This document shows positions 39,876 through 52,295 of a stretch of DNA of 64,000 bases, in pieces (position 1 is the first letter of the stretch; every line of letters begins with the position of its first letter). The notes below the pieces were generated by a model. The model did not search any database. It had not been told where the DNA came from and saw only the letters and a list, made by a program, of their open reading frames with translations. The DNA comes from Eledone cirrhosa. Taxonomy: Eukaryota. The position numbers were made by a program, and so were the translations under genes. Where the stretch lies: assembly GCA_964016885.1 (NCBI GenBank), contig OZ024742.1:16244001-16308000 (forward strand), given 5' to 3'.

Positions 39876-42784
39876 CAAAGGTTGAGAGAACGGAGGAACC
39901 ATCTGAAGCAGACAATGATCTGAATGCTGAAATAAATAATACCTGGAACAAAGATACGGCCATTGAGAGGAGATGAATGCTGACGGGCTAGGACAAGATT
40001 TGGTTGATATCCTAAACTTAGTGGTAGATGAATTGAACAATGATAGTGGGAAACCTATGAACCTAAGATTTGTAGACAGGAAAAAGTTAAAAGAAACAAC
40101 AGCTAAGGTAAACAAAGTCATCCCATACCTTGAGGCGAGGAGCCTTCACCAGTGCAACAATATCCTCAAAGCAACAGCAAATGCGGTGAGGAAATTACAT
40201 GGTATAAAAGCGAGAGGAAACAACAAACAAGAAAGATCAGAGCCTTGGTGGAAGAAACGACTGAGTGGTCAAATCAGGGAAATGAGAAATGACATTGGAA
40301 AGCTTGAGTCTCTACTGAATGGGACACTAAAAAACATAGACACTAAAAATAGACTAGAAATAAAGTACAAAACTAGGAGGAAAAAGCTAAATATTATCAT
40401 AGAGGAACTGAAGCAACGCATTGTAGTAAAGAGTGCAAAAATTAGGCGATACGAGAGCAGAGTCAGTCAGTATAGACAGAACCGCATGTTTGACAACAAC
40501 CAGAAGATGCTGTTTGGACAGCTTGAGGGGAAAGAAAGAGGCAACGACTTGATCCCTGAGGCGGAACAAACTAAAACATTCTGGAGAGGAATATGGGAGC
40601 AGGATGTTAAACATAATGACCAGGCAGTGTGGATGGAGACAGTACAGAAGGAGATTAGTGAACAGGCACACCAACAAACTGACTTGAGTATCACAGCTGA
40701 AACTCTTAAGGGGCAGGCCAAAAAACTAACCAACTGGAAATCACCAGGCCCAGATGGTGTGCAGGGGTTTTGGATTAAAAATATAACATCCCTCCACCCG
40801 AAACTGACAACCATGTTCAATGACTGCTTGATGTCAGGTTAGGTACCAGAGTGGTTGACAAAAGTACCACAGTTCTGGTAATTAAGGACCGAATCAAGGG
40901 TAATGATGTTACCAACTATAGACCTATCACATGTCTGTCCGTAATGTGGAAACTGTTGACAAGCATTATGTCTGAGGAAATCTACCATCACCTCCACACA
41001 AACAACTTGTTACCGGACGAACATAAAGGATGCCGAAAGAAGTCCCGTGGTACAAAGGACCAGTTACTTATTGATAAGATGGTAATGAGGAATTGCAAGA
41101 GGAGACACACTGGTCTTGCCATGGGATGGATAGACTACAAAAAGGCATTTGACATGGTGCCTCATTCTTGGATCACCAAAAGCCTAGAGATCTTCAAGGT
41201 GGCAGATAACATCAGACAGTTGTTGGGCAAAAGTATGAAGTCGTGGGAAACAGAGTTAACATCAGCTGGAGAATCCTTGGGAGGGGTGAAGATCAAGAGA
41301 GGTATCTTCCAGGGAGATAGTCTGTCCCCTCTGTTGTTTGTCCTTGCTCTGATGCCCCTGACCATTATACTGCGAAAAGTGAGAGCAGGATACAAGTTGG
41401 GAAAGGGAGAGCTTACCATCAATCACCTCCACTTCATGGACGATCTTAAGCTCTTCGGGAAGAGCGAGAAGGAGTTGGATGTGCTTGTTGACACTGTCCG
41501 TATTTTCAGCAATGATATATGTATGGAATTTGGTATTAGTAAGTGTGGAGTCCTTGTGATGAAGAGGGGGAAATTGAGCAGAAGCAACGGAATCCAGGTA
41601 CCAACAGGTGAGATGATAAAGGAAATTGACACCGAAGATGGATACAAGTATTTGGGTGTTCTGCAGGCTGATGACATCAAGAACAAAAAAATGAAGGAAT
41701 TGAAAAGAACTGAATACATTCGGAGAGTAAGGAGCGTATTAAAGTCACATCTGAACAGTAGGAATGCCATAAGTGCAGTAAATTCCCGAGCTGTGTCTAT
41801 TATTAGGTACAGTGCGGGAATTCTGAGATGGAATGTTGCTGAACAATAAGAAATGGATAGGGAGACTAGGAAGCTATTGACTATCTACAACATCTTCCAC
41901 AAGAGGAGTGATGTCGATAGACTCTACTTAAGGAGATCTGAAGGTAGAAGAGGTCTTATCAGCATAGAGGACTGTGTTCAGATGGAGAAAAACAACCTAC
42001 ACAAATACGTGACTGATAGTAAGGAGCCAATGCTCAGAAATGTACTGAAGACAATAGACCAGGGGATGTCCAAGGAGGAAATAACAACAAGGAGAAAGAG
42101 CAGCCTTCAGGAAAAAAATCCCTTCATAGTACCTTCTTTGAGAAAACTGAATTCAGAGATCCACAGACATGGAACTGGTTGAAAAGAGGAGACCTTAAAA
42201 AGGCTACAGAAGGAATGTTAATGGCTGCGCAAGAGCAGGCCCTCAAAACGAAGTGGTTGAAACACCATATTTACAAGGAGGAGGCTATCCCACTGTGCAG
42301 GATCTGTGGAGAGAGAGAGGAGACTGTGGCTCACATTGTATCCGAGTGTAAACACCTAGCCCAGACTCACTATAAGGGCTGGAGACATGATGTGATGGGC
42401 AGGGTGATCCACTGGCACCTATGCAAAGTAAACAATTTACCATATTCTGAGAAGTGGTATGAGCATAAGCCAGAGTCGGTGATAGAAAACGATCAGGTGA
42501 ATGTGCTGAGGGATTTTAGGATACAGAGGGACAAGAAACTGGAACACAATAGACCTGACCTGGTGGTTTTGGACAAAGAAAAAAGATCGTGCCTGATTGT
42601 GGATGTGGCCTGCCCATCCGACACGAGAGTGCAAGAGAAGGAGAGGGAGAAAATTAACCGATACCAGGACTTAAAGTGGGGGGATTTGGAACTGCCATGA
42701 AGTCAAAGTGGTCCCGATTGTCATAGGCGCACTAGGTACTATCTCAAAAAGTTTCCATGGATGGTTAAAGAAAATTGGCCCCTT
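39876..42784 (+). mobile_element. R4/Dong-like non-LTR retrotransposon (RT + CCHC + restriction-like endonuclease), disrupted, truncated at both ends
   Basis: [60 protein letters not shown]; stops and frameshifts. Confidence 0.85.
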
Positions 42785-45700
42785 ATCCATCGTTCCCGGC
42801 TCGAAAGTCCTCCGGTACAGACTGGTTAGTTCGACTTCGTTGACTCCCAGAGCCTCTCCGAGTGCATCGTCGCACTTGCCCACCACTAATCCTCTATAGA
42901 ACTCGAGAGTGGAAGTTCCACTGACCGCATTGCCCACCTGGTAGAGGGCAGTGAGTGCCTGGCAACATTCCAGATGCCAGTCACCCAGTCTCGGTCTCTT
43001 CTTGACCCAGGACTGCAACTCAGTCAAAGAAACGAGCTGCGGAAGGCCCGTCTGACAAACGGCGACCACACCTGTTCACCGTTTAGGCAGAATATCTGGA
43101 GATGTCGCAGCCTCAGCGCGTGCCTGCGCATCATTAGCCACGGCATGCCCAGCCCTCCACGTAGAGGGTGCTGGCACAGATGGACCGCCTCAACAGCGGA
43201 GCTGACGCCTACACAAGAATTTGAAGAGGAGCCGCTCCAATATGGCGAGGCGCGAACGGGGGCAAGGGACGACAGTCAGACGGTATTAAATGACGGACGC
43301 GATGTACGCGTTCGCCACCTCCGCCCGACCTTTCAGTGATAGCTTCATCCCAGCCCATTTCTGGGTGAGACTGACTACCTTGCCCATCACCTCGTCCCAA
43401 TTCTTATCCACCTGGAGGTCTGGCTCGAACCAAACCCCTAGCAACTTTACCGGTCCGTCCGTCCAGCGCCTAACGACGCTGTTGGACGGCATGGACTTGC
43501 CTCTCCAGGTGCCGAGTTCAAGCCTACTGACTTTTTCGGGTTAAGTTTTGCTCCCGTCAACCTTTCATATTCCTCCAATAAGTTGCCGACCACCTCAATT
43601 TCTGAGGAGTCCGACACCACCACAGTGATGTCGTCCGCAGAAGCCGACACAGCCTTTCCGCGTCCCGGTTCGAGCGGGATGCCCTGCAACAGCTCCAGCT
43701 TCCGCAGTAAAGGCTCGAGAGTCAATACGTACAGAAGGGAGGAGAGAGGGCACCCTTTACGGACCGATCGGGAGACCTGAAACGGTTCCGAGAGGTGGCC
43801 ATTAATTTTGACCATCGAGCAGGTGCCGCTGTGCATTGCAGCGATCCAGCTTCTGAAGACGGGGCCGAAGCCAGCCGCCTTGAGGACAGCCTCCAGGTAC
43901 CGATGGTCGACTCTATCGAATGCTTTCGATTGATCTAAATTGATCAGAGCCCCACCGAAGCTTGGTTTACACCCTACCCTCTCTATGATGTATCGCATTA
44001 GGTGGAGGTTGTCGTGCATGGACCTGGTTGGGATTGCGCAAGTTTGCGCCTCCAAATCCCCGACGACAAGCGCCAACCTCTTCGCTAACACCCTGGCCAA
44101 AATCTTAAACTCTGTGTTGAGCAGAGTTATGGGCCTGAAATTGTCTAATGTGTCTCTCTTGTTTTCGTCTTTCCTTATCAGCGTCACTACACCCCGGTTC
44201 ACAGAACTGGGAATACTCCCGTTTTGCTGCCAGTTGTAGTAGAGGGCTTCGAGGAGATTGGAGAACAAGTCTGGAATATTTTCGTAAAGCTCATAGGGAA
44301 GACCATCCAAACCGGGTGACTTGCGCCTCATGCAGCCTACAAGGGCATCATGAATCTCGGCTGAAGTAATTGGCCTTTCGCAGCGCCCAGCGTCAGCCGT
44401 CGAGAATTGCGACAAGCCATCGAGGTAGGGACTGAAGTCCGCCACCATCTCTGACCCGCCACATCCCCCGAACAACCGAGCAAAATGTTGGCGAAAGGCC
44501 TCACACATCCTCTTGGAATCGCTCAGCTCGTGCCCGTCTCGGTCCGTCAAAGACCGAATCGTGATTTTATTATTACGCTGCGCCTCTGCCACGCGGGCCC
44601 ATCGAACAGCTTTGGTTCCCTCGTTTCTCAGAGCACGCGTCTTAGCTCTGACAATGCAACCTTCGTGTTTCGCATTGAAGAAATGGTCTAATGCCATTCT
44701 CGCCGCTTGAACATCAGTTGCAATGCCACTACCAATAGCCTCGTCTAACTTATCTACCAACTCCCCCTCCTTTCTATTTTTCTCTAATGCTACTTCTTTG
44801 CTAAACTCTATCGACATTACTCTAATCTCTATTTTGAGAGCGCCCCACCATCTATTGTTGACGACTCCCCCTGTCAACTTTTTCTTAACTAAATTGTTGA
44901 CCAGGTCCCTGTAAGCCTTACGTGCCGGAAATGACATGTTTAGCTTCCAGTAACCAGGTCCTAACCTACGCGTCTTATCTAGGTCGACCATACAGATCAC
45001 AAGCTTGTGATCTGAATAGGCGACCGTTTCAAAACGTGGACAGCATACACTATTTCTGTCTATTTTCCTAATGAATATCCTGTCTATATACAATCTAGAT
45101 GACCCTATGCGGTTAGCCCAGGTCCACACTTGCGCATTAGGGAAATCTAGTCGGTACCTGTCAGACAGTTGGAACTGGCTGATCAGGTTCTTGAGGCTTT
45201 TGCACCCCCCGCTCCTATCGGATACTCCCACACCGTCCCAGCGTGCATCTAAGATGCCGTTCCAGTCCCCCGCTAACAGTAAAGCTTCTAAAGAAGTCCG
45301 GCCGTCCTGCCCCAGTAGGAGCATAGACGGCCACCAGTCTAAAGGCACCACCTTCATTATTGTTTACGTCCAGGACCACCAACTTCCCGTCCGGGTCTCG
45401 GAAGATCGACCTTACCTCGAGATCCAGGCCTTTCCTAAACAGTACTTCCCCCCGCCTCCCATTCCCGGCCGGCTAACAGATGCAAAGATCTGATAGTCGT
45501 CGAAAATGGGGGCTAGTGCGCGCGTGTCGGAAATCCTGGTCTCGCTGACTGCAATTACATCCATTTCTATAGACCTGAGGTCGTTGAGCAGGTGACCCTG
45601 CTTCCAGGACGATCCCAGGCCTCGAACATTTAAACATCCTACTCTTAATATGGCCATGTTGGTAGGTTAAACAGAGAGAGAGGAAGGCTTACTTACCTTC

Positions 45701-47870
45701 CGGGCTCTTGTTAAGGTCGGGTTGTTCGACCGCCATAGTTAGTGGGGTTTCTTTTGGGAACCCCTTTAAAAGTCTTGAAGTGGGTTTTACGTTCGGGGTT
45801 CCCACGTCCCGAGGAAAGCTGTCTCGTATTTCTTTGAATATCTCGAGCGACATTCGCACCAGAACCAAATCTTCCGGCACGCGAAATGTGCTCGATTTAA
45901 AAATTTCCCCTCTTTTTGTATATTTTCACTCATGCTACGAGGGCCATCAGTTCCTTGTTGGTCCTCCTGCCGGGCACGAAGTTTTGTATGTTTTGTTGGT
46001 GTGATTTTATCTGTTTGCGTGGCTGTGGTGGTGATAGTTTTGGTGGTGTTGTTTCGGTTGTATCTGTGTTTGTTGTGAGTGCGGTGTCTGTGGTTTCAGA
46101 TGTTTGTGTGTATATTTGTTCTTGCGTCTGTTTCGGTTGTTTGCGTTTGGCGGATTCTGGTGATGGTGATGGTGGTGTTGATGTTGGTGTTATTGGAGAG
46201 ATGTTTGCGTGGGTGGTGTCTGCGTTTTTTATTGTGGGTGCTTTTGTGCTTTGTTGAGTTTTTTTTTTCTTTTTGTGTTTCCTTTTTTTATTTTGGGGGA
46301 TTTTGGATTTCCCTCATTTTCACTACTGGTAGATGAGGGGTCTGTGTCTGTAAGTGTGTCTGTATGTATGTTTAAGGTTTTATTGGTGTGTGTATTTTGG
46401 GGGGGAGGGGGAATTTGACAGCTTTCCTCGTTTCCCCCCTGGGTGGTCAATGTTGGTGGTGGTCTTTCTATTGGTGTTGTTGTTGGTGGTTTTGCCGGTG
46501 CAGATCTTGGTTGTGGTCCTCGCCCCGGCGTCGGCAGCAGTGGAGCCTTTCGACCCCTTGCCTCTTTCAGCAGTTGAGGGCAGAAGGCTCGCAAATTGTT
46601 TTTTTCCCCACAAACAAAACACTGCGGCCTTTTGCCTTCGGTCAAAATGTGAATGACAGTCCTATACTGAAGGTGAATGTGGTCTGGGATTGTCTTCACA
46701 TTCTCGGGCCTGATCTGGAGAAGGATCTCCAGGTCAACCCCGGACCAGTCCTCTCTGGCCGTTCTGATCACTTTTATAGGGACTGTATGCGTCCTCTCCA
46801 CAATCACACATCCCAGAAGCCACCACATGTCAAGTCCTGGTGGGATTCTGGGAATGCGGAGACGGGCCGTTCTTTTTCCCATGTGGGAGGGGTACATTAT
46901 GACCTTACTGGTTTTGCAAGGAGTCATCGCGTGTTTCATAGCGATGGCTTCTGACTTGAACAACACCGAAATGGTGCCATACTGTCTGCCCCTCTCTATG
47001 TACTGGGTGTCTTCTCTGATGCACCTCAGCGCGACTTCGACATCTTCTTGTGGGATTAACGCTGCCCTTTTGGTTTGTGCTGAGATGCATCTATAATGCA
47101 CCGTTTTGCGCTCCACTGCCTCAATAGCTTCTACCGGGACAGTTAAGTCGGCCCAAGTTTGTACTTGTTTGATGAGCTTCCATGCCTGGGCCAACTTTTC
47201 ATCTTTGTTTGAGAGGTCCATGTTGAAGCATGGCCTCTTTTTTGCTGCTGCCGCAGCGAAAGTGGTCTTGTTTTCGTTGGGGGGTGTTGTTGACGTTGTT
47301 CTTGTTGGTGTTGTTGTTAGCACTGTCGCTGTTATCATTGTTGTCTTTGTTACCACCGTTGTTCTCGGTGCAGTTGGTATTGTTGGTGTTGGTGTTGTCG
47401 CTATTTGTTTTCATGTTAGTGGTGTTGATATTGTTGTTGTAATTGTTTTTTTGTTTTTTTGTTATCTGTATTTTCGTTGTCGCTGTTACTGTCATTTTTT
47501 TTAAAATTAGAGTTCTTATTGGTATCATTGGTGTCTTTGTGTACCTTGTTTGTGGTGGTGTTTGTGTTATCAATGTGTGTTAATTTCGCTGTAGCGCTCC
47601 TCTTAACTTCCATGTCGTTGTCGCACGACAGCAGACATATTGCTGAGGGGCGTGGCTCAGCCATGTTTATTTTTTTTCGTAAAATTTTTAACATGTAAAA
47701 AAAAATTCTAATGTTTGGGCCAAAAGGCCCAAATATTATACTTTCCCCTTGACGGGGTAAAGTCTAAGGGCTTATATCCCTTACACAACAAGAAATATTT
47801 AACAACAAATAATTTAAACAGGCAAATAAAGCGACTTACTGTGAGCGAGCAAAATACGTCCGCTTAGACC
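42783..47870 (-). mobile_element. Tx1-clade LINE, 3'-truncated and frameshifted (ORF1 ~47656-45689, ORF2 from 45657)
   Basis: CFVCGEKNNLRAFC; MAILRVGCLNVRGL; KSPGLDG, DQSKAFDRV, SADD. The 5' end abuts (AAT)n. Confidence 0.9.
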
Positions 47871-47903
<33 letters not shown>

Positions 47904-47922
47904 CATAATAATAATAATAATA

Positions 47923-48525
47923 AGTGTAAACACCTAGCCCAGACCCACTATAAGGGCTGGAGACACGATGTGATGGGCAGGGTGATCCACTGGCACCTGT
48001 GCAAAGTAAACAATCTACCACATTCTGAGAAATGGTATGAGCATAGGCCAGAGGCGGTGATGGAGAACAGTCAGGTGAAGGTGCTGTGGGATTTTAGGAT
48101 ACAGACGGACAAAAAACTGGAACACAATAGACCTGACCTGGTGGTTGTGGACAAAGAAAAAAGATCGTACCTGATTGTGGATGTGGCCTGCCCGTTCGAC
48201 ACGAGAGTGCAAGAGAATGAGAGGGAGAAAATTAACCGATACCAGGACCTAAAGTGGGAGGTGAAAAGGATTTGGAACTGCCATGAAGTCAAAGTGATCC
48301 CGATTGTCATAGGCGCACTGGGGACTATCTCCAAAGGTTTCCAGGGATGGTTAAAGAAAATCGGCCCCTTCACGCTTTTTGGAACGCTTCAAAAGGCATG
48401 CTTGCTTGGAACAGCAAGAACCCTCCGATACGTCCTGAATATCTGAGGCTGCAGGTAGTGGCTTGATATTCAATCCAACGGACTTTCCAGTTAACCAACA
48501 TCAATGACTGAGATTCAAGGAATAA
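47923..48525 (+). mobile_element. 5'-truncated R4/Dong-like copy with complete 3' end
   Basis: Highly similar to 42345-42784; ends ..LLGTARTLRYVLNI*; (AAT)n on both sides. Confidence 0.85.
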
Positions 48526-48840
48526 CAATAACAATAATAATAATAATAATAATAATAATCATAATAATAATAATAATGATTTCTTTATTAACCACAAGGG
48601 TTTACATAAAGTAGACATTAAGGACAGTGCAGGACAATGCAGGACGGTACAAATGGGCATTTCTGCGTGTAAAAAAAACAAAAACAGAGGATGTAACAAA
48701 AATAACAATGAAAATAACAATGAAAAATTCCCCAATAGGGGGGAGACTTCGGAGGGACATTTGTGGAGAAAGCCCAGTAAAAAGCCACAATGACCCTGAC
48801 CACCAAGGCAAGTGCCCTCTCCCAGTTTTCCACCTTTAAT

Positions 48841-51800
48841 TTACAGATATATGCTCAGAGTAGGCCCATTCACTCGGGCCATTCTTGCTTCTCTCACCCA
48901 TCTTTCAACAAAATGCTGGGAAGAGAGCACTTCCCTCTCTACTCTGATTTTCCTTTTCAAATGAAATTTGAAAAAGTCAATCAGAGCATCACCGAAGAGG
49001 TAAGTGCTCGTCTTCAGCCCTTTCAAACGTGTCCACCATACTATCTCTTTCGCCATGGCCACCAGGCAGATAAAAACTGCCTGCCCTTCCCGGCTAAAGG
49101 AGGAGGGCGGGGCAATCCTCACGATGGACTCAGATGATAGCCGGATCCGTCCTAAACGCGACAGCAGGTGTTCGACATAAACCCACAAGTCAGCAATTTT
49201 CGGACACTGGACGAGTGCGTGCAGGACGGTTTCGTCGCCCTGCGCGCATCTCGGACATGCCCGGCTGACGGCACCTCCATGCCTGTAGAGTTTATCCCGA
49301 ACTGGCAAGGCTCCTCGGTAGCACTGCCAGGCCAGAGATTTCTGGAAGTTGTCCATAGGCCCTGGCCCGAAAGTTCTTCCGAAGAGATTGGCTAGTTGAT
49401 TTTCGTCGACGCCTAGAGTTTCCCCAAGTACGTCGTCGCTCTTCCCCTCCACTAATCCTCTATAGAACGCCGAGGTGGAGTTTCCACCGATCACATTGCC
49501 CGATTGGTCGAGGGCTGTGAGCGCCTGAAGACATTCCAGTCTCCAGGCGCTCCCTCTCGGTCTTCGCTTGACCCAGGACTGCAGCTCCGTCAAGGAAACG
49601 AGCTGGGGAAACACGCGTCTAGCAAACGGCGACCACACCTGATCACCGTCGAGGAAGAGGTGGAGATGTCGTAGCCTGAGCGCGTGCCTGCGCATCATCA
49701 GCCACGGCATGCCCAGCCCTCCACGTAGCGGGTGTTGACAACAGATGGACCGCCTGACCATCGGAGCGCGTCCCTTCCACAAAAAGCGAAAGAGCAAACG
49801 CTCCAGCACAGTCAGGCGAGGCTTAGGACAAGGTACGACGGTCAGGCGGTAGCAGATGACGGACGCGATGTACGCGTTAGCCACCTCCGCTCGACCTTTC
49901 AGGGATAGCTTCCTCTCGGCCCATTTCTGGGTGAGAGAAGCCACCCTGCTCGTCACCTCGTCCCAGTTTTTGTCCGTCTGGAGGTCCGGACCGAACCAGA
50001 CCCCTAGCAATTTAACCGGTCCGTCCGTCCAGCGCCCGACGACGCTGTTGGACGGCATGGACCTGCCTCTCCAGGTGCCGAGCTGCAGGCCCACTGAATT
50101 TTCCTGGTTGATCATTGCTCCTGTCACCGCTTCGTATTCTCTTAGTGTAGTGCCGAGCGCTTCGATGTGTTTGGCGTTCGACACCACTACGGTGACATCG
50201 TCCGCATATGCTGATACGGATCTTCCGCATCCTAGTTCGCGCGGGACCCCCCTCAACGTCTCCAGTTTGTGCAGTAATGGCTCGAGAGTCAATACGTACA
50301 AGAGGGACGAGAGGGGACATCCTTGGCGGACCGAGCGCATGATGTTGAACGGTTCCGACAGGTGACCGTTCACTCTCACCACAGAGCAGATGTCGCTGTG
50401 CATGGCAGCGATCCAGCCTCTGAAGACGGGCCCAAAGCCAGCCGCCCTCAGGACTGCCGCTAGGTAACGATGGTCGACCCTATCGAAATCTTTCGACTGA
50501 TCTAAATTGATCAAGGACCCACCCGTGCCAGGTTCCCTAGCTACCCTCTCTACGATGTATCGCATGAGGTGGAGGTTGTCGTGGATGGATCTGTCGGGAA
50601 TGGCGCATGTCTGCGCCTCTCCCACCAGACCAACAACGACAAGCGCCAACCTCTTTGCTAGCACCTTGGCCAAAATCTTAAACTCTGTGTTTAGCAGAGT
50701 TATGGGCCGGAAATTGTCTATGTTATCCCCCTTGTTCGGATCCTTTCTCAGCAGTGCCACCGCTCCTCGGCTCACAGAACTGGGAATTCTCCCGTTCTGT
50801 TGCCAGTTGCAGTAGACGTCCGCCAAGAGGCCTCCGAACAAGTGTGGCATCTGTACGTAAAGTTCATAGGGCAGACCATCCAAACCAGGCGATTTACCCC
50901 TTGTGCAGCCAGTCATTGCCTCCCTTACTTCAGCGGCTGTTATCGGCTTTTCGCAACACTTCGCCTCAGTGGCCGAGAGCCGCGGCAGTCCGTCGAGGTA
51001 GACACTAAAGTCCATCCCTCTACCCGGCCCACCGCTGCCCCCGAACAGCTGAGCGAAGTGTCGCTGAAAAGCTTCACACATTTGCCCGGGATCGAGTAGC
51101 ATGCGCCCGTCGTGGTCCACCAAAGACCGGATCGTGGCTTTGTTGCCACGACGCGCCTCCGCCACTCGGGCCCATTGAACGGCTTTCGTCCCCTCGTGTC
51201 TGAGAGCACGCACCCTTGCTCTGACAACGCAGCCTTCGTGCTTTGCATTGAAGAATTGGTCAAGGGCCAATTTCGCCGCAAGCACGTCGGTCGCAATGCC
51301 TTTGCTAAGCGCCTCGTCTAATTTTCTAACTAGTTCTCCCTCTGCTCTATTTTTCTCTATTGCTAAAGCCTTACTAAATCTAATCGATTCTATTCTAATC
51401 GCTCTTTTCAGAGCAAACCACCACTTGTTGTTGACGATGGCCCCCGTCAACGCCCGCTTAACTAGTTCGCTAATCCGGTCTCTGTAGGCCTTGCGCGCTG
51501 GTAAGGACGCGTTTAGCTTCCAGTAGCCGGGTCCTCGTCTATGAAGCCTATCTAAGTCAAGCACACAGATCACGAATTTGTGGTCCGTGTAGCTGACTAT
51601 CTTGAATTGTGGACAGCCTATGCTAGACCTATCTATTTCCCTACAAAATACTCTATCTAGATATGATCTGGATGACCCTATGCGGTTTGTCCAAGTCCAC
51701 ATTGGCACATTCGGGAAATCCAATCGGTACCTGTCAGACAGTTCAAAACGCCTGAGCAGGTTGGTGAGGCTCTTGCACCCTCCACCCCTATCCGCTAATC

Positions 51801-52260
51801 CCACACAGTCCCAGCGTGCATCTAAGATCCCGTTCCAGTCGCCCACTAACACTAAAGAGCGGGACGTTCCAAGAAAGGTCTCCAGACGCCGGAAGAAATC
51901 AGGCCGCCCTGCTCCTGTCGGGGCATAGACGGCCACTAGCCTGAAAGCTTGCCCGTCTCCGCTGGTCACGTCCAGCACCACCAGCTTACCCTCTGGGTCC
52001 AGGAAGATGGCCCGTATGGCGAGATCCAAACCTCTCCGAAAAAGCACAGCAACTCCTCCACCCGATCCAGGACGGCTGGGAGATGCGTACACATCGTAGC
52101 CGCCGAAGATCGGTGCGAAGGCCCGTGCTTCGGAGATTCTGGTCTCGCTGATGGCCACTACATCTATGTTTAGTGACCTGAGGTCGTTGAGCAGGTGACC
52201 CTGCTTCCATGACGACCCCAAGCCACGCGCATTTATGCTGCCTATTCTGAGTGAGGTCAT
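48841..52260 (-). CDS. LINE ORF2: APE endonuclease + reverse transcriptase + C-terminal zinc finger (1139 aa)
   Basis: SINARGL, SETR, GDWN, YLDR, TDH; KSPGLDG, FRPITLLN, RQGCPLS, YADD; CPRC..H..C. Confidence 0.95.
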   Translation of the reverse strand: MTSLRIGSINARGLGSSWKQGHLLNDLRSLNIDVVAISETRISEARAFAPIFGGYDVYASPSRPGSGGGVAVLFRRGLDLAIRAIFLDPEGKLVVLDVTSGDGQAFRLVAVYAPTGAGRPDFFRRLETFLGTSRSLVLVGDWNGILDARWDCVGLADRGGGCKSLTNLLRRFELSDRYRLDFPNVPMWTWTNRIGSSRSYLDRVFCREIDRSSIGCPQFKIVSYTDHKFVICVLDLDRLHRRGPGYWKLNASLPARKAYRDRISELVKRALTGAIVNNKWWFALKRAIRIESIRFSKALAIEKNRAEGELVRKLDEALSKGIATDVLAAKLALDQFFNAKHEGCVVRARVRALRHEGTKAVQWARVAEARRGNKATIRSLVDHDGRMLLDPGQMCEAFQRHFAQLFGGSGGPGRGMDFSVYLDGLPRLSATEAKCCEKPITAAEVREAMTGCTRGKSPGLDGLPYELYVQMPHLFGGLLADVYCNWQQNGRIPSSVSRGAVALLRKDPNKGDNIDNFRPITLLNTEFKILAKVLAKRLALVVVGLVGEAQTCAIPDRSIHDNLHLMRYIVERVAREPGTGGSLINLDQSKDFDRVDHRYLAAVLRAAGFGPVFRGWIAAMHSDICSVVRVNGHLSEPFNIMRSVRQGCPLSSLLYVLTLEPLLHKLETLRGVPRELGCGRSVSAYADDVTVVVSNAKHIEALGTTLREYEAVTGAMINQENSVGLQLGTWRGRSMPSNSVVGRWTDGPVKLLGVWFGPDLQTDKNWDEVTSRVASLTQKWAERKLSLKGRAEVANAYIASVICYRLTVVPCPKPRLTVLERLLFRFLWKGRAPMVRRSICCQHPLRGGLGMPWLMMRRHALRLRHLHLFLDGDQVWSPFARRVFPQLVSLTELQSWVKRRPRGSAWRLECLQALTALDQSGNVIGGNSTSAFYRGLVEGKSDDVLGETLGVDENQLANLFGRTFGPGPMDNFQKSLAWQCYRGALPVRDKLYRHGGAVSRACPRCAQGDETVLHALVQCPKIADLWVYVEHLLSRLGRIRLSSESIVRIAPPSSFSREGQAVFICLVAMAKEIVWWTRLKGLKTSTYLFGDALIDFFKFHLKRKIRVEREVLSSQHFVERWVREARMARVNGPTLSIYL

Positions 52261-52295
52261 GTTTAAAATAGAGTGGAAAAGATGGGAAAGACCAC

